Of a DNA stretch of 64,000 nt, positions 13,264 through 26,309 are shown piece by piece (position 1 is the stretch's first letter; every line of letters begins with the position of its first letter). Position numbers and translations under genes: made by a program. A model generated the notes under the pieces. That model ran no database searches, had not been told where the DNA came from, and saw nothing but the letters and a program-made list of their open reading frames with translations. This stretch comes from Podarcis muralis (lineage: Eukaryota): assembly GCF_964188315.1 (NCBI RefSeq), contig NC_135660.1, positions 56,234,001 to 56,298,000 of the forward strand, given 5' to 3'.

Positions 13264-16200
13264 GGATCCTCAGGTGTGCTTCCTGCCTCCCCACCCCTCC
13301 CACACCACAATCCTGTTTGTGATACACCAACTCTTTCCCACTTAGTAGCAAACCATAGGTTGCTGTATTTGTCTGAATGAGCAAAGTATGGTCTGTGCAA
13401 ACTCTGCAAAGCAGGATTAGAAACTAGGGAAAATGTATTTTTCAAATTAGTAAAACATATCAAAGAGCTTTTCTCTCAGCAAGCATTTTAAGTAAGCTAT
13501 TTGATTTTATGGTTAGTTTTAACTGATTTTTATCTTTTTCATCTCCCCCCCTTTCCAGAAATTCACATGCAATGTGTCAAGGTCATGGAGCCCACTTTAT
13601 GTGGTTAACATGAAAGGGGATAGTTATGATGTAATTGTGTTGCAAGTTTCTCCCTCCTCATAAAGACAGTCAATGAAAAAGTGTGGCACAGGAAGTATAA
13701 ACATGCAGTGCAACGATATCACATGACATTAGTTTACTAGATATTCCCAGGGTGGGAGGGAGAGGAGACTTAGGGGGTGGGGGTGGCACAAGGAACCAGA
13801 ACTGGACTGTCAGGAAGTAAGAAAGGAAGATGTGTGAGGGAGGGGAAGGAAAAGCAGCTGTAAGGGGGGTGTATTTGTGGTTGCTGCCCTCTCCAATTAC
13901 TCCACTGAGATGATCATGTTTGAGGTCCAATGTAAGGCAGAGCAAAGTGGGAATATTCAAGAGGGCAGACCCCCCCCCCCGCACAAGAAGTGGTAGAAAA
14001 TATTAGTAAGGATCCTGTGGCCCACGGTGTCATAGGGACAGTGAGGTGGAACTAAGGAAGCCATATGAAGAACAGGAAACCCATAATAGCATTTTGTTGC
14101 AAGTCCCCACTTGCTCAACATATTTATAAAGGATGATACCTGTAACCTATTCTATTGCTCTCCCCAAACTGCATCTGTCTGTGATATTCTTTTCAGATAG
14201 GAGGATCAGAAAAAGGGGAAATAAGACTAACCTACCCGTTATCTGCTTGTGCAGTTTATTCTGAAGGAGTTTGGATGTTCTATTGAATGTAGCTATTTTC
14301 TCCCTTGAGTCAATCTTTAAGTGTGTTTTGAGTAAGCTGAATCCAATGGATTGTAAAATCGCTATTCTATACTATTGTTTATCTGTAAGATAATAATAGT
14401 AGGCTTTATAACAGCATCGTGAAAATTCAGAATCCCTCACTTAATCATAGTAGGAAAAAATATATAGGGCTCTAATAGTATGCCCAGTTCCATTATCTGC
14501 ATCTCTTTGTTTCAATAAGATTTTAACTACCTAATTGTACCTAGGATTATAGCTTAAATGCAGGACATATTTGTCATGTTATGACATTTATTCTGACCTA
14601 GATTGAGTGGTTCTGTTGGTTAAAACCAGAAAGGAATTGGTTCCAACTGCATGTGGTCTTTTTGACATATATAAAGATAAGGGAAACAATTTTCCGCAGT
14701 TCAAGAAGCTGATAATAGCTTTCCCAGCAAATTCTACTCCAGCATAACAACAATAATAAAGGAATAATAAATGGAGTATAATTTGAAGCAGACATGATCT
14801 CACGATCCTTACATCCATATGGCTAATAGGAGCACCAGATCAGTATTAACATTAAACCATTCCATGGCCAAATTTTATTCAATCTGCCAAGCATCTGAAG
14901 AGTAACAATGTGCAAAAATGGCAATCATGAGGCAGATGTTGGCTTGATGAAGTAGGGCAAGACAGGAAGAGAGGGGGAGAAAGAAGAATGGGTTTTCCAC
15001 ATAGCTAATGATTAGACCGAAGTTCCACAGGTGTGGCTTCTTTCATTATATTTCAGTATTGGAAGGACTGTTGTTGCTGGACTGTTGTTCACCTTCAGCA
15101 TCCTTAAAGGAAGAGAAATTATTTTTTTGTGGTCTGAATGCTAGGAAGGCAGAGAAGAGGCAACAAACAGAGTATCAAATTGCCCTGGTTAAAAAAAAAA
15201 TGTTACCAAAGATTTTACAACCCACAATTTCTCCTTCTCCTTTATTCATTAAAAAGGAAAATAATGTTGGCTGCAGCTAAGATTTCAGCCTCATCGTGAT
15301 GGATTCGATCCAGAGAAAAGCCTGCAGAAGAAGACTTGTGGAAGATGACTTTCCTCCACCAGAACTTCTTCTCCCTAGGGCCAAAGGACCCTGCTGAATG
15401 GGTCAGGCTGAAGGGAACACCTGAAAATTGGAGGTAACTCCCACGAGTGGAAGCTATGTTCACATCTTTCTGGAAGTGCCCTTTCCCATTCAGCCTCCTG
15501 TGCAACAGGACCATTGCATTCAGTAAGTGTCCCCTGAACCTTGGAAGAAGTTCTTTTGGGGGAGGGCAGGGGGGTGGAGCTATCAGGTTCAGGAGGGAAC
15601 AGGAAAGTCAGCTTCTGCCAATCCACTTCTACAGCCTTTTTTCTGGATCCAACCAATATGCTTGAAGCTAGAACTTAATTATCTCTCCCTAAGCATAAAA
15701 ACCGATTCTGGTTTGCTCGTGGGGGTAGGGGGAAGAGGGAAAATCAAGCTTAGCTTCTCAGCTTGTGGTAGAAAACTGTGAATATACTATAATGCCCCCC
15801 ATTAACATAGCTGAAGGCAATATGGAACTGTCTATGTTTGTTTTATTTAACATGCTGTAAACAATCTTCTCCACCCGAAGTGGTATAAAATGAACACTTT
15901 CCACCAACAGCTTTGTTTCAGTGCAAACCAAACAGCATGAAAGTAAACCAATCGAGGAAACAAGCAAAGGCACAAAGAGAAGTAGAGTACAACTTTAAAA
16001 CATGTAGTCCAGTGTGCAGTCACACAGAACCCTTGGAATTTAATATCTGCTACCAGCTAGAAGATTATTTTAAGCCCCGACTCAATGTCCATTTTAGCGT
16101 CATCTACTTATAGCATTCCCTTTTTCTTTGCAAACCAGACCAATTTTTCTCCTCAACTGATAGCCAACCACTTTCAAGACTTACATACTGATTGGTTTTG

Positions 16201-19200
16201 CTTTAGGACATGGCTATTTATCTGTTGCTTAATCCAATATACTGGATACGTAAATAAGGCAATGCTCCAAAAGGATTGCTTTGTGCTGTGATGATGGCTG
16301 AGTTTGGTAGTGTCCTATGGAATTTTTTGTGAGTTAAGTCCCGAACACATACCGGTACTCTCCAGTAGCTTAAATCAGAATGGTCAACGGTAAATTCACA
16401 ACTAGACTGAATACTTTAGTCTCAAATAGTTCCCCCCACCCCCGCTTAAAGGCTGCTCAAGGTAAGAGGCTGATGACCCCCCCCCCCCCGTGCGAAAGCT
16501 GCTAATCTTGAGATCTATAGGTCCTTGAGATCTACAGGTATAGGGTGGCATACAAATTTATCAAATAATAAAGTAATAATAATATTTCCAAGTGCAGGGC
16601 AATGCATAACACTGCATGTAAGATCAAGGTCATTTTCACATGGCCTAATTCATCCTAATTTGTATGTAATAATTTGCAGGGAGGTTCATTCAATGTCCAC
16701 AGGTTACCAAGTATTAATTTTGATGATCAGGAAATAAAGCACACGTGTCAGCTAAGCTTCTAAAGAAACACACCAGCATAACACTGTAGCATCTTTAATT
16801 TTAATAAGTATTTGCTGATAGTATTTTTTTTCATCTTTGTTAATACAATTCATGGGTATTTGGAATTGCAGATTTGGGGGCACTGCCGTGAACAAGAATG
16901 TATGAATGAATGGGTTCTCAAATCTCAACCAAAACTGGGAACATGGCACTGCAACTTGGTCTCTCATATGCATGGATGGATTTGGACAGACCCAGCCTAT
17001 AAGCTTCAGCAGAAATGTAAAGTACAGTTCTTGCACTTCCAGAAGCCCAAGAGAAACAGTTACTGAAGATTATCTGTGTTTTGCATCTTAGCCAGTAATC
17101 TTGCACTCAGTCCCACACATTTAAATCCCTCTGAAAGCAGTGGGAATTAAGTGTCAGTAACTGAGTACAGGACTGCAATCTTTCTCTATAGCACAGCTTT
17201 AAAATATCCTTGACAGGCATTATCTTAATGTGCCATCAAAGAAAATTAGATTTTGTCTTAAATAGAACTGTGGTGCTGCATTGTGTAGGATTAGTTCAAT
17301 GAGGGGTTGGGAGGGGAACAGGGACTAGCAAAACAGATAATGCAGTTTGCAACAAATTATTATTTGCAAAAAGTGCCTCTCCCAGGCGGAGATGATTTTA
17401 AGTGCTGTTTGTGTGTGACAAAGGAATATTTTTAAACAAGATAAAAATTACTGTTGTTGACAGGCAGATCCCAACTATATCCACAAGGGCAAAGACAGAA
17501 TGTACCACAGTACTCACATTAATTGAGATGTATATATGTACAAAGATAATTTACGGCTGCAGTATTTAGACTCAGGGTTGTAACCAGTTCCTGGAATTAT
17601 AATGACAGCCATTACCCGTACCTTTTACAGAGATTCTGTTGTCAATATTGACAATCACCGGAACCAATGCAGGAAACAGGATTTTTACAGGTTTGTCATA
17701 GGGCTAGAGCAGTAGTTTAAATATGTTCTCCCATTGCCCGGGCACACCAGCTCCGACAAGCTTGGCATTGTTCCCTTTGCTCAGGAGACAATGCAAACAA
17801 CCCATGGGGAACTGAAGCCCAACAAGGGAAGAGTAACTTTTGGCCTTTCCCCCCCAAGTCTTGCCTCCTTGCTTTCCATGTCCAGACACAATGCCAACTT
17901 CCAAAGCACTACAACATGCTCAAGATGAGAAACCTGAAAGTTTCTCTCATCAGTACCCCATGCTTTTCACCTTTCCTGACACAAAATTATATGGCTCAGT
18001 GTTACTGTCATGATAAGTGAAACTGCAATCCCATATGTACCGTAGATTCTGTAGGGACTTTCTCTCAATTAGAAAAGGCATAGGGAATGCTGGCAATGTT
18101 TTACTAGGGAAGCCTCTGGGCATGGAAGACCCCTTGAAATCAATTGACTTTAATAACAAGTCCATTGATCTCTAAGGGTCTTAAATTCCAGAGCCACTGG
18201 ATTGTATTTATGAATATATTCTTAGAATTTTATAAAGTTATGTTCTTTGATAGCAATGCAACCTCAGCCATAAATAAATTTCTTAACTACCACAGTTCAG
18301 CACAACCACCACCAATCTAACAAAATATGCTATTCCCTGTTGCCCATTTCCTCTCTCTCAGTCCACTGAAACCATTATTAGGGTTGGATTTTCCATACAC
18401 AGTACTTACTGAAAATTTTCATTCCAGGACAACATAGGATTAGTTTATATTACTATACGTTACTACTGCTGGTAGTTCAGCAGTTCATACGCCAATGGGG
18501 GGGACGGGACCCTGTATCTTGGGTGACCTGTAGTCTTTGAGCTACACAATTACACAAAAAGCCAGCTATCGTTATGCTCTCTTCACTTTTCTGATGATCT
18601 GATAGTATCACGCTCTTCAGAACAATTCCTCTTAAAATGATTACTTTTCTGAAATTATATTCCTCAGTTTTTCACATATGGAATTGTCTACAATGCATCT
18701 TCCATAAGCTAGGAAGGTTAGGTTTCTCGTGTAGTGTTTGAGCATGGGAAATGTGAATCAGTTACCAGTTATCAGCCTATAACAACATAAGCCTAGGTCT
18801 TCAGGCTAAGATACTGACAGTCCTTTGCAGCACTGCACACCCGGTTTCCCTTTTTCATCTGTATATCTGAAATTCACATCAACAGATGTCAGATAGTGCC
18901 AATCATATAGACACAATTCAGATTAAATCCCTTTCAGGAATATTTCATGCAATGGAATGGCTCTGTGTCACTTGTAAGTAAATCCTGCATGCAGGACTGA
19001 AAGTTGGAAACAAAACAAGTACATGCTCAAAAGCTCTACCAAAAAGTATACAAATAGACATAAAAAGGTGAATAAGTATGTTGTGTCTTGAGCTACTAAC
19101 CTTGTGGTTTTGGCACAAGTTGATACCAGTCTTAAAGGAGGTGCAAATATTCTCAGGTGTGTATGGTAGTTACCTCTTAACTCTCATTATTGCTAAATGG

Positions 19201-20332
19201 CATTGTTTGTGTAATTGCTTCTTCTTCTTCCAAAAGGGTAATAATAGATTAGCTACAGTTTAAAATGCTAAAATGTAATGACAATAAAATCTTTGATTTT
19301 CACCCCTGCTGTCTTTTACACTCACAGAAAATGAAAGTCAATTCTGATGTAGGTGAGACCACACTATAGATTTATCTAATAATGTATACTGAAGCAGATG
19401 AAAATATTTCAGATGTGCCTAAGGTTATGAAGATATAAATCATGTGGAACTACGCTGATGTAGTAAGCCATTTTCCCTTAATGGTTTTCTATATTTTATT
19501 GCCCTAATAAAATCCATCACCTATCAACCTAAGAACTCTAGCCATATACCCTAAGGTTACTCTCAATTAACACATGCACACATGGCTAAACTAAATTTCA
19601 GTCATTCTAAGCTTGCAACACAAACGGAGAGGCAGAAACATGATCAGAGAATAGAATAGGGGAAAATATATAGACTATATGTACATGAAAGTTTAAGCAC
19701 ACAAGCATATTTTATCCAGAGTCAGAGGCCCACTTTTTCTGAAGCATCTTGTGTGCGAATTAAGATTCCCAAATAAATTACATGCACCTTCAATCAGTTG
19801 TAAAGGAGAAAGTGCACATGGGCTGGCACAACACTACCATTTGGGATATAAGAAGTGCTAGAATACAGTGGAATATTCAAGTGGAAGCCTTGGAAAGAGA
19901 CATGGAGGAACCATTATCTGCTGTTTTCCAACTGTGTCTCTCTATCTTGCTTCCTTCATTTAAAAAAACGGGGAAAGGAGCTTCTGTCAAGTAAACTCTA
20001 GAGGAGGAAACACAGTGCTATCCCCTCCACAACCTCAGCATTAAAAAGATGTGTGGAGGGAGCATACTTTCACATACAGCTTGAACTAGTCCTTCATGTG
20101 TCAATTGTGGCATGTATGTTTCCAAATATATGTGAGCAGAAGCATAATATTTTCCTAATCCTCCATGCATATGCATTTGGAAGAGGAAACTGGTTTTTAT
20201 ATGACCTTCATATTTATGACCATAAGACATGTAATTTGAAGTTGGGTATCCGAACTGTAATCTAAAATGGCTCATAAGCAGTAGTTCCTCTACAATACTT
20301 CGTTAAACAGTGACACTTACAGTATAATATTA

Positions 20333-20574
20333 CAGTGGTACCTTGGTTTTCCAATTTAATCCGTTCCAGGAGTCTGTTCAACTCCCAAAACCATTAAAAA
20401 ACCAAGGCATGGCTTCAGATTGGCTGCAGGAGCTTCCAGCACTCAAACGGAAGCTGTGTTGGACGTTCGGCTTCTGAAAAACGTTCGCAAACCGGAACAC
20501 TTACGTCTGGGTTTGTGGCGTTCGGGAGCTGATTTGTTCGACAACTAGGCCATTAGAGAGCCAAGGTATCACTG
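20333..20574. mobile_element. Tc1/mariner (Tigger-like) MITE, family B
   Basis: TA|CAGTGGTACCTTGG...CCAAGGTATCACTG|TA; TA TSD. Confidence 0.85.
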
Positions 20575-22065
20575 TAATTACATTTAGCAAGAATTATATC
20601 TATATCTATCTATCTATGGATGGTAGATTGAGGGAGAGACATGAACACCTACCTCACAGAGAATCATTTAGTCCAAGTACCAGATTTTTTTTCACTCTTA
20701 AGTAAAGGCCCAGGTAATATACATTTCTGATAAATGCTGACACATATGCATCCACCAATTATTTGAACAAAGGGCATTTTGCTATGTGTCAATGTGATAC
20801 AGTTCTTTCAATGAAGAGAGAAATGATGCAATACTGTTTTATGCAATTTATACATAATTTCAGCTCCACATCAGCCCAGAGCAGTCTGCAAACCAAATGC
20901 ATCACAGAAACTAACCTTTCTACAAGATGTGCCAGGAATACAGACAGGAAGAAGACAACATTATGCCCATAGGAAAGTTATAATTTTCAAAAGGCCTTAG
21001 GATGCCTTTTATCCAGAGCCTTCCAACTTCTGGAGTCAGGCTATGATACGAAAAGCCCCAATGAACTGGTCATAATCACTAAGCCCATTTCAGTGCTCTC
21101 AGCAAGTAGCACAGCTGCAGCCATTCTGACAAATTTTATTCATTTCCTTGTTTAGAAGGGAAGGCTCCAACATTCATAGAAACTTCCTAAATGTTTCCAA
21201 CAACCGAAAAACTGCCTAAAGGCTCAAAGCACAGGATTTTAGAAATTATTTCCTGTGGTGTTTCAATCTATTTTGTCATTAGCTGAAAGAAAGAAGCTCT
21301 TGAGGGGAACCTTGGGAAGAAGAGACCACTTAAATGAGTCTGTCAAAGGTTCAGTTAGCAAATAGCAACGTGCTTCAATTCTTTGCTATATGTATCTGAA
21401 CACACACACACAATCAAAAGGCATTATTTTTCCTACCTATGCTTTTGCTGACCTGATGATAGAGGTTGCCCACTTTTGTTCATTTTCTGCTGCTTGTAAC
21501 AGTACTCTGTGTAGACTTGCAATAGCTGATGTAAAAATGCATCCAATAAAAAAAACACTCCATTGACCAACAGCTTCTTACTTGGGACTCAGCTAGACTG
21601 GTAAAGAAAAAGCTATTTATGTGTGTTGTATGTGCGATATAACATTGTGCCACCAGATGGTGACATGGAGTCCTGTTTTCTCTACCTGTTTTCCCTGTTT
21701 AAATTTACAATGCTCTGAACTGAAACGCTTCTTTGATGTGTCCAGATCCAGCCTTGGTGTCTGAAATGCTGTGTCTTTTTCTTGCTTTTAACATTTTTAC
21801 GGAAGGGCATATAATTAAAACTGTATGTGGCTACTAAAAAGAGAATTTCTTTAAGAAATGAGAAAAAGTATTTTGCTCACAACAGATCCTGAAAAGTTGG
21901 CCTCAAAAGTAATAGCATGGTACTTGCTGTCAAACATACAGCACATAATTTCAGTGTCTCAAAACAGTTTTGTCTTCATATATATGATAAACCAGATTTT
22001 TTGCTTTGTGATGGCCACTTGACACCTCTTTTCAATACAAGTAGAAGCAATAAAGTTTCTTATTA

Positions 22066-22295
22066 CAGTGGCACCTCGGGTTACAAACACTTCGGGTTAC
22101 ATACGCTTCAAGTTACAGACTCCACTAACCCAGAAGTAGTACCTTGGGTTAAGAACTTTATCTCAGGACGTGAACAGAAATTGTGCGGTGGCAGCAGGAG
22201 GCCCCATTAGCTAAAGTTAACCTCAGATTAAGAACAGTTTCAGGTTAAGAATGGATCTCCAGAACGAATTAAGTTCTTAACCAGAGGTACCACTG
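22066..22295. mobile_element. Tc1/mariner MITE, family A
   Basis: TA|CAGTGGCACCTCGGGTTA...TAACCAGAGGTACCACTG|TA. Confidence 0.9.
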
Positions 22296-23130
22296 TATAC
22301 TGGTCCTCTTCTATTGCTAATGTGTTGCCTCATCACATGGGTATAGCAGTAAGTTGTAGCACAGCACAGTTGCACTATTGTTATTTTTTTGGGTTGTTGT
22401 GATCTAAATCAGGCATAGAAGGGACATGTGAATACAAGAGAATCTACTTCCAATATCTTTCATAACACACATGGAACATTTTACTAGTAGAATAAATGCT
22501 TACATTTTTCATACATCATTGAGTTGTGGTCGAAATCTATCATTTCTCCAGCTATATGACTTCCTCCTAGCTGAGATGAAGCAGGCTATTGACAGAATCT
22601 ATTGCTAAAATATACACCTAGTAAACTTGCAACTTGCATAAGAAACTTGAGGAAGGGGAAAGGAAGACACTAGAACATAAGGGTACATAGATATGTAAGT
22701 TATGCATCCAGCATGTGGAGTATCAGAAATCACACATTATGAAAGAAAATAGTTATTTTAAATTACCTTATAAAATATAAGGTACAAGGTGGTTATTTAA
22801 AAAATCATTATGTTTTTTAATCATTAAGTGGAGAATAGGCTGATTCTGGTTCATGCATACACCCACACCTATGCACACCCACAAACTCTTGGGTTTGAGA
22901 GAGAGGAAAAAATAGGTACTTCCCATGATGCTGCTGAAACAGTTTTATTACTTAAATAAAGCTACAGATACGAAGGCCTGGGGGGAAAACCGAAAAAATT
23001 TGGGATGGATCCTGTTCTGCCCCTACCCCAGGCCTTTACATCTCTAAATAAAGCAAAGACTTCCCTAAGGAAAGAGACAAAGAGGAAAAGATTATGCTAT
23101 TTACAGGTACCACAAGGTATTCTACAGCAA

Positions 23131-23950
23131 AAGTGGTTTTCAATCAGTGTGCCATGGCACCCTGGCAGTGGCGTAGCGTGGGTTGTCAGCACCCGGGGCA
23201 AGGCAAGTAATTTGCGCCCCCTAACCCGTGGATTTGCGCCCCCTAACCAGTGGATTTGCCCTAACCCCAGATGTTGCACCCAGCCCCCCCTGCACCCTCC
23301 ACGCTACGCCACTGCACCCTGGGGTGCCTTGAATGATGTTCAGGGGGTGCGGTGGGCAGCATGGGCGTAGCCAGGATTATTGTTAGGGGAGGCAGGACTT
23401 TGCGGGGTAGGGGGCAGGACATTTGTTAGGGAGGGTAGAACCAGCGTGACTGGTCAGTTGGTTAAATATTTCTATTGTTTTACTTGATCTAGGGGGGCAG
23501 CTGTCCACTCGGCTACACATATGACAGATAACACTGGCTTCGAGCCCTGTTTTCTTCCCTCTCTCTGATGTCCACTCGCATCTCTGCCTCCCAAAGGCTT
23601 GAGTGGCTGTTTATTGCAGCAGCCCTGGCTACAAGCTCCACAGGCAAATAGTGACTCTGCGGCTGGCCAGTGGGTGCTTCCCAGGCCCCTGTGGGGCAGT
23701 GAGGAGGCACCTCTCTGTGGACCAGGGGTCTCAGAGACCAGGGGTGGCAGCAGTGGCTGCCTGGAGGACGCCCAAGGAGATGGGAGAGGAGGGGACACAT
23801 CACAAGGGAGGGAGTTCGAAAAGTGATGAGGGGCTGCTGGCTCTGTAGGCAAGGGGTGACATAACTGGGCTTCTGAGCCCCACAGGGGTGCTGCATAAAA
23901 AATATAGCTGGTCAAGGGAGCCGTGGATCCAAAAAGGTTGAAAACCTCTG
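23131..23950. mobile_element. Older hAT (Charlie-like) non-autonomous element hosting nested MITEs
   Basis: Degenerate TIRs AAGTGGTTTTCAATC/GGTTGAAAACCTCTG; second insert about 23360-23523 (CATGGGCGTAGCC...GGCTACACATATG); outer TSD not clear. Confidence 0.6.
23166..23314. mobile_element. 149-bp hAT MITE nested in an older hAT element
   Basis: Perfect 16-bp TIR CAGTGGCGTAGCGTGG/CCACGCTACGCCACTG; perfect 8-bp TSD CACCCTGG. Confidence 0.92.
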
Positions 23951-24903
23951 AACTACAACATTGTTGTAATCCTGGGTGACAAGTTTTCCTTGTACATTAA
24001 ATATGGAAACGCACCACACAAAAAATTGATTCTTTAGAACAAGAAACTTTCCTTTACAAAAAATAAACATAAAGAATAAAACTGGCAGCTGCATTGCGTG
24101 TCTATTTGCCAAAGCATTATTACATGCTACACCATCCACTTATATTGCAAAGCAATCAATCAAAAACTGTAGAACAATGTTTTGTAATAAAAGGTTTTGG
24201 AGGATGATTTTTTTAAAAAACCCAATCCACTAAGATCAAAGATTTGTCTTTATTAATGTTTGTAGTATTAGAGAAGTAAGCTCACCCAGACTGGGGCTCT
24301 AATTTTGTCCTAATCTTGTTGGGTATGGCTATTTCTAGGCTGTCTGACTCTCTCAATCTCAGTTACTTTTCTTTTGGTTGATATAAGTGTTTTCCTAAAT
24401 CACAACAGCTGGCTGGAACAGCCCCTGCCCTTCCCTCTTTTCTCTTTAACTTTCCCTTAAAGTATAATGATTTTTAAATCCTTCCAGGCTTGAAGCCCAG
24501 TAAGCAGTAAAGCACTAAAGCTTGTCACAAAGTGATGTTTACTCCTCCAAGCTATTATTTTTTTCATATAAAACTCCTATGGAAAAAACCCACCCCTCTA
24601 ATACTTGTTATAGTAAGAGGAGGATTTGGAGCTCTTATGAAGGGTATTTTGTGGAAACTAAGCTAGACAACTGGCATGATATTTCATTCTTTGTTCACCT
24701 TTTAAGTGGAAAGAAATGTCATAACATGTTCCGGATTGAAATTGGGACTTTTTCTTTACCTGACTTGAAATATATTGAAGAGAAGTTTGGCTTTTTCAGC
24801 CTTGAGGGACAATAGACAATGTTTCCTACTGAATTATAAAGATGACCACACTGACCATTAAAGATGGACTCTATGATATAATCTACTTATTGTTCATACT
24901 CTC

Positions 24904-25267
24904 TAAAGGTAAAGGGACCCCTGACCATTAAGTCCAGTCGCGGACGACTCTGGGGTTGCGGCGCTCATCTTGCTTTACAGGCCGAGGGAGCTGGCATTTG
25001 TCCGCAGACAGTTTTTCCGGGTCATGTGGCCAGCATGACTAAGCCGCTTCTGGCAAAACCAGAGCAGCGCATGGAAACGCTGTTTAACTTCCCTCCAGAG
25101 CAGTACCTATTTATCTACTTGCACTTGACATGCTTTCGAACTGCTAGGTTGGCAGGAGCAGGGACCGAGCAATGGGAGCTTACCTTGTCGCAGGGATTTG
25201 AACCGCTGACCTTCTGATCGGCAAGCCCTAGGATCTGTGGTTTAGACCACAGCGCCACCTGCGTCCC
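24904..25267 (-). mobile_element. Sauria SINE, near full length
   Basis: Minus-strand tRNA-like head GGGACGCAGGTGGCGCTGTGG...GGTTCAAATCCC and (ACCTTT)n tail; CTCTCTA at both boundaries. Confidence 0.9.
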
Positions 25268-26086
25268 TCTCTACAAACACTTTAAACTTCTCTAGATTGT
25301 GCCACTGGGCATGGCATTGTAAGATTGTACTTTATACAAGTGACATGTATTCTTACATATCAGATGGTTGTAAAGTCAGCTAGTTTAGCTGCTTGCAATT
25401 CTGACAGCATCCTTTAAATGACTATTTTGAGTTGCTATAATTCTTGAATACTATCTTTTTGCAAATTTTTTTTAGTCCTTTTCAAACTCATTTTAGAAAA
25501 TAACCCAGCAATTATTTGCATCTACATTTGCAAAATGTTCTGAAATCCTGTTCCACTGTATTTGATCTCTATTTTCTGTATAGTACTTTGAGATTCTTTT
25601 GAGTATAAAGTGATTAAGAACTTTTCTAAATAAATTGAATAAATAACTACCACCAACAAGTTGCCTTCCATTCTCAATAACAAAATCCTATCCCATTGAT
25701 CAAAATCGTATGTTTTTTCATCACAGCAAGCTGCAAAGAACAAGCCACCCATGGTGAATGATCTCTGCCCCAGTTGTAATATCTAAACTGCTTACCATGG
25801 TGTAATCACAGTGAGAGTATCCATGATCTTTCCAGTGGAGCGGTTGCTAAGAAAGTACCCCCATGAAGGCCAGGTATAACTTTTACAATGAGAGGCAAAG
25901 CCACTTTCCACTAGGAAACTGCTCAGAGGCATCCTCAGAGACACAGAATGTCTTTTTAAAAAAGGTGTTGTTTTTCCCTGCACTTCCAGAAGCAGATGTC
26001 ACAAACTAGTTATGCCAGAAACAGTTGTGCTAATAATTATGACCAAGGTAAAGTAGAAACCAAAGGTCGCAACAACAGATTGAGTA

Positions 26087-26309
26087 CAGTGGTACCTCGG
26101 GTTACAGACGCTTCAGGTTACAGACTCCGCTAACCCAGAAATAGTACCTCGGGTTAAGAACTTTGCTTCAGGATGAGAACAGAAAACGGGCTACGGCGGC
26201 GCGGCAGCAGGAGGCCCCATTAGCTAAAGTGGTGCCTCAGGTTAAAAACAGTTTCAGGTTAAGAACGGACCTCCAGAACAAATTAAGTTCTTAACCCAAG
26301 GTACCACTG
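26087..26309. mobile_element. Tc1/mariner MITE, family A (second copy)
   Basis: TA|CAGTGGTACCTCGGGTTA...TAACCCAAGGTACCACTG|TA; similar along its length to the 22066 copy. Confidence 0.9.

Noticed and set aside
15242-15514. Minus-strand ORF containing FSGVPFSL, superficially like CtBP EPFSF
   Set aside because: The rest does not match the CtBP dehydrogenase sequence.
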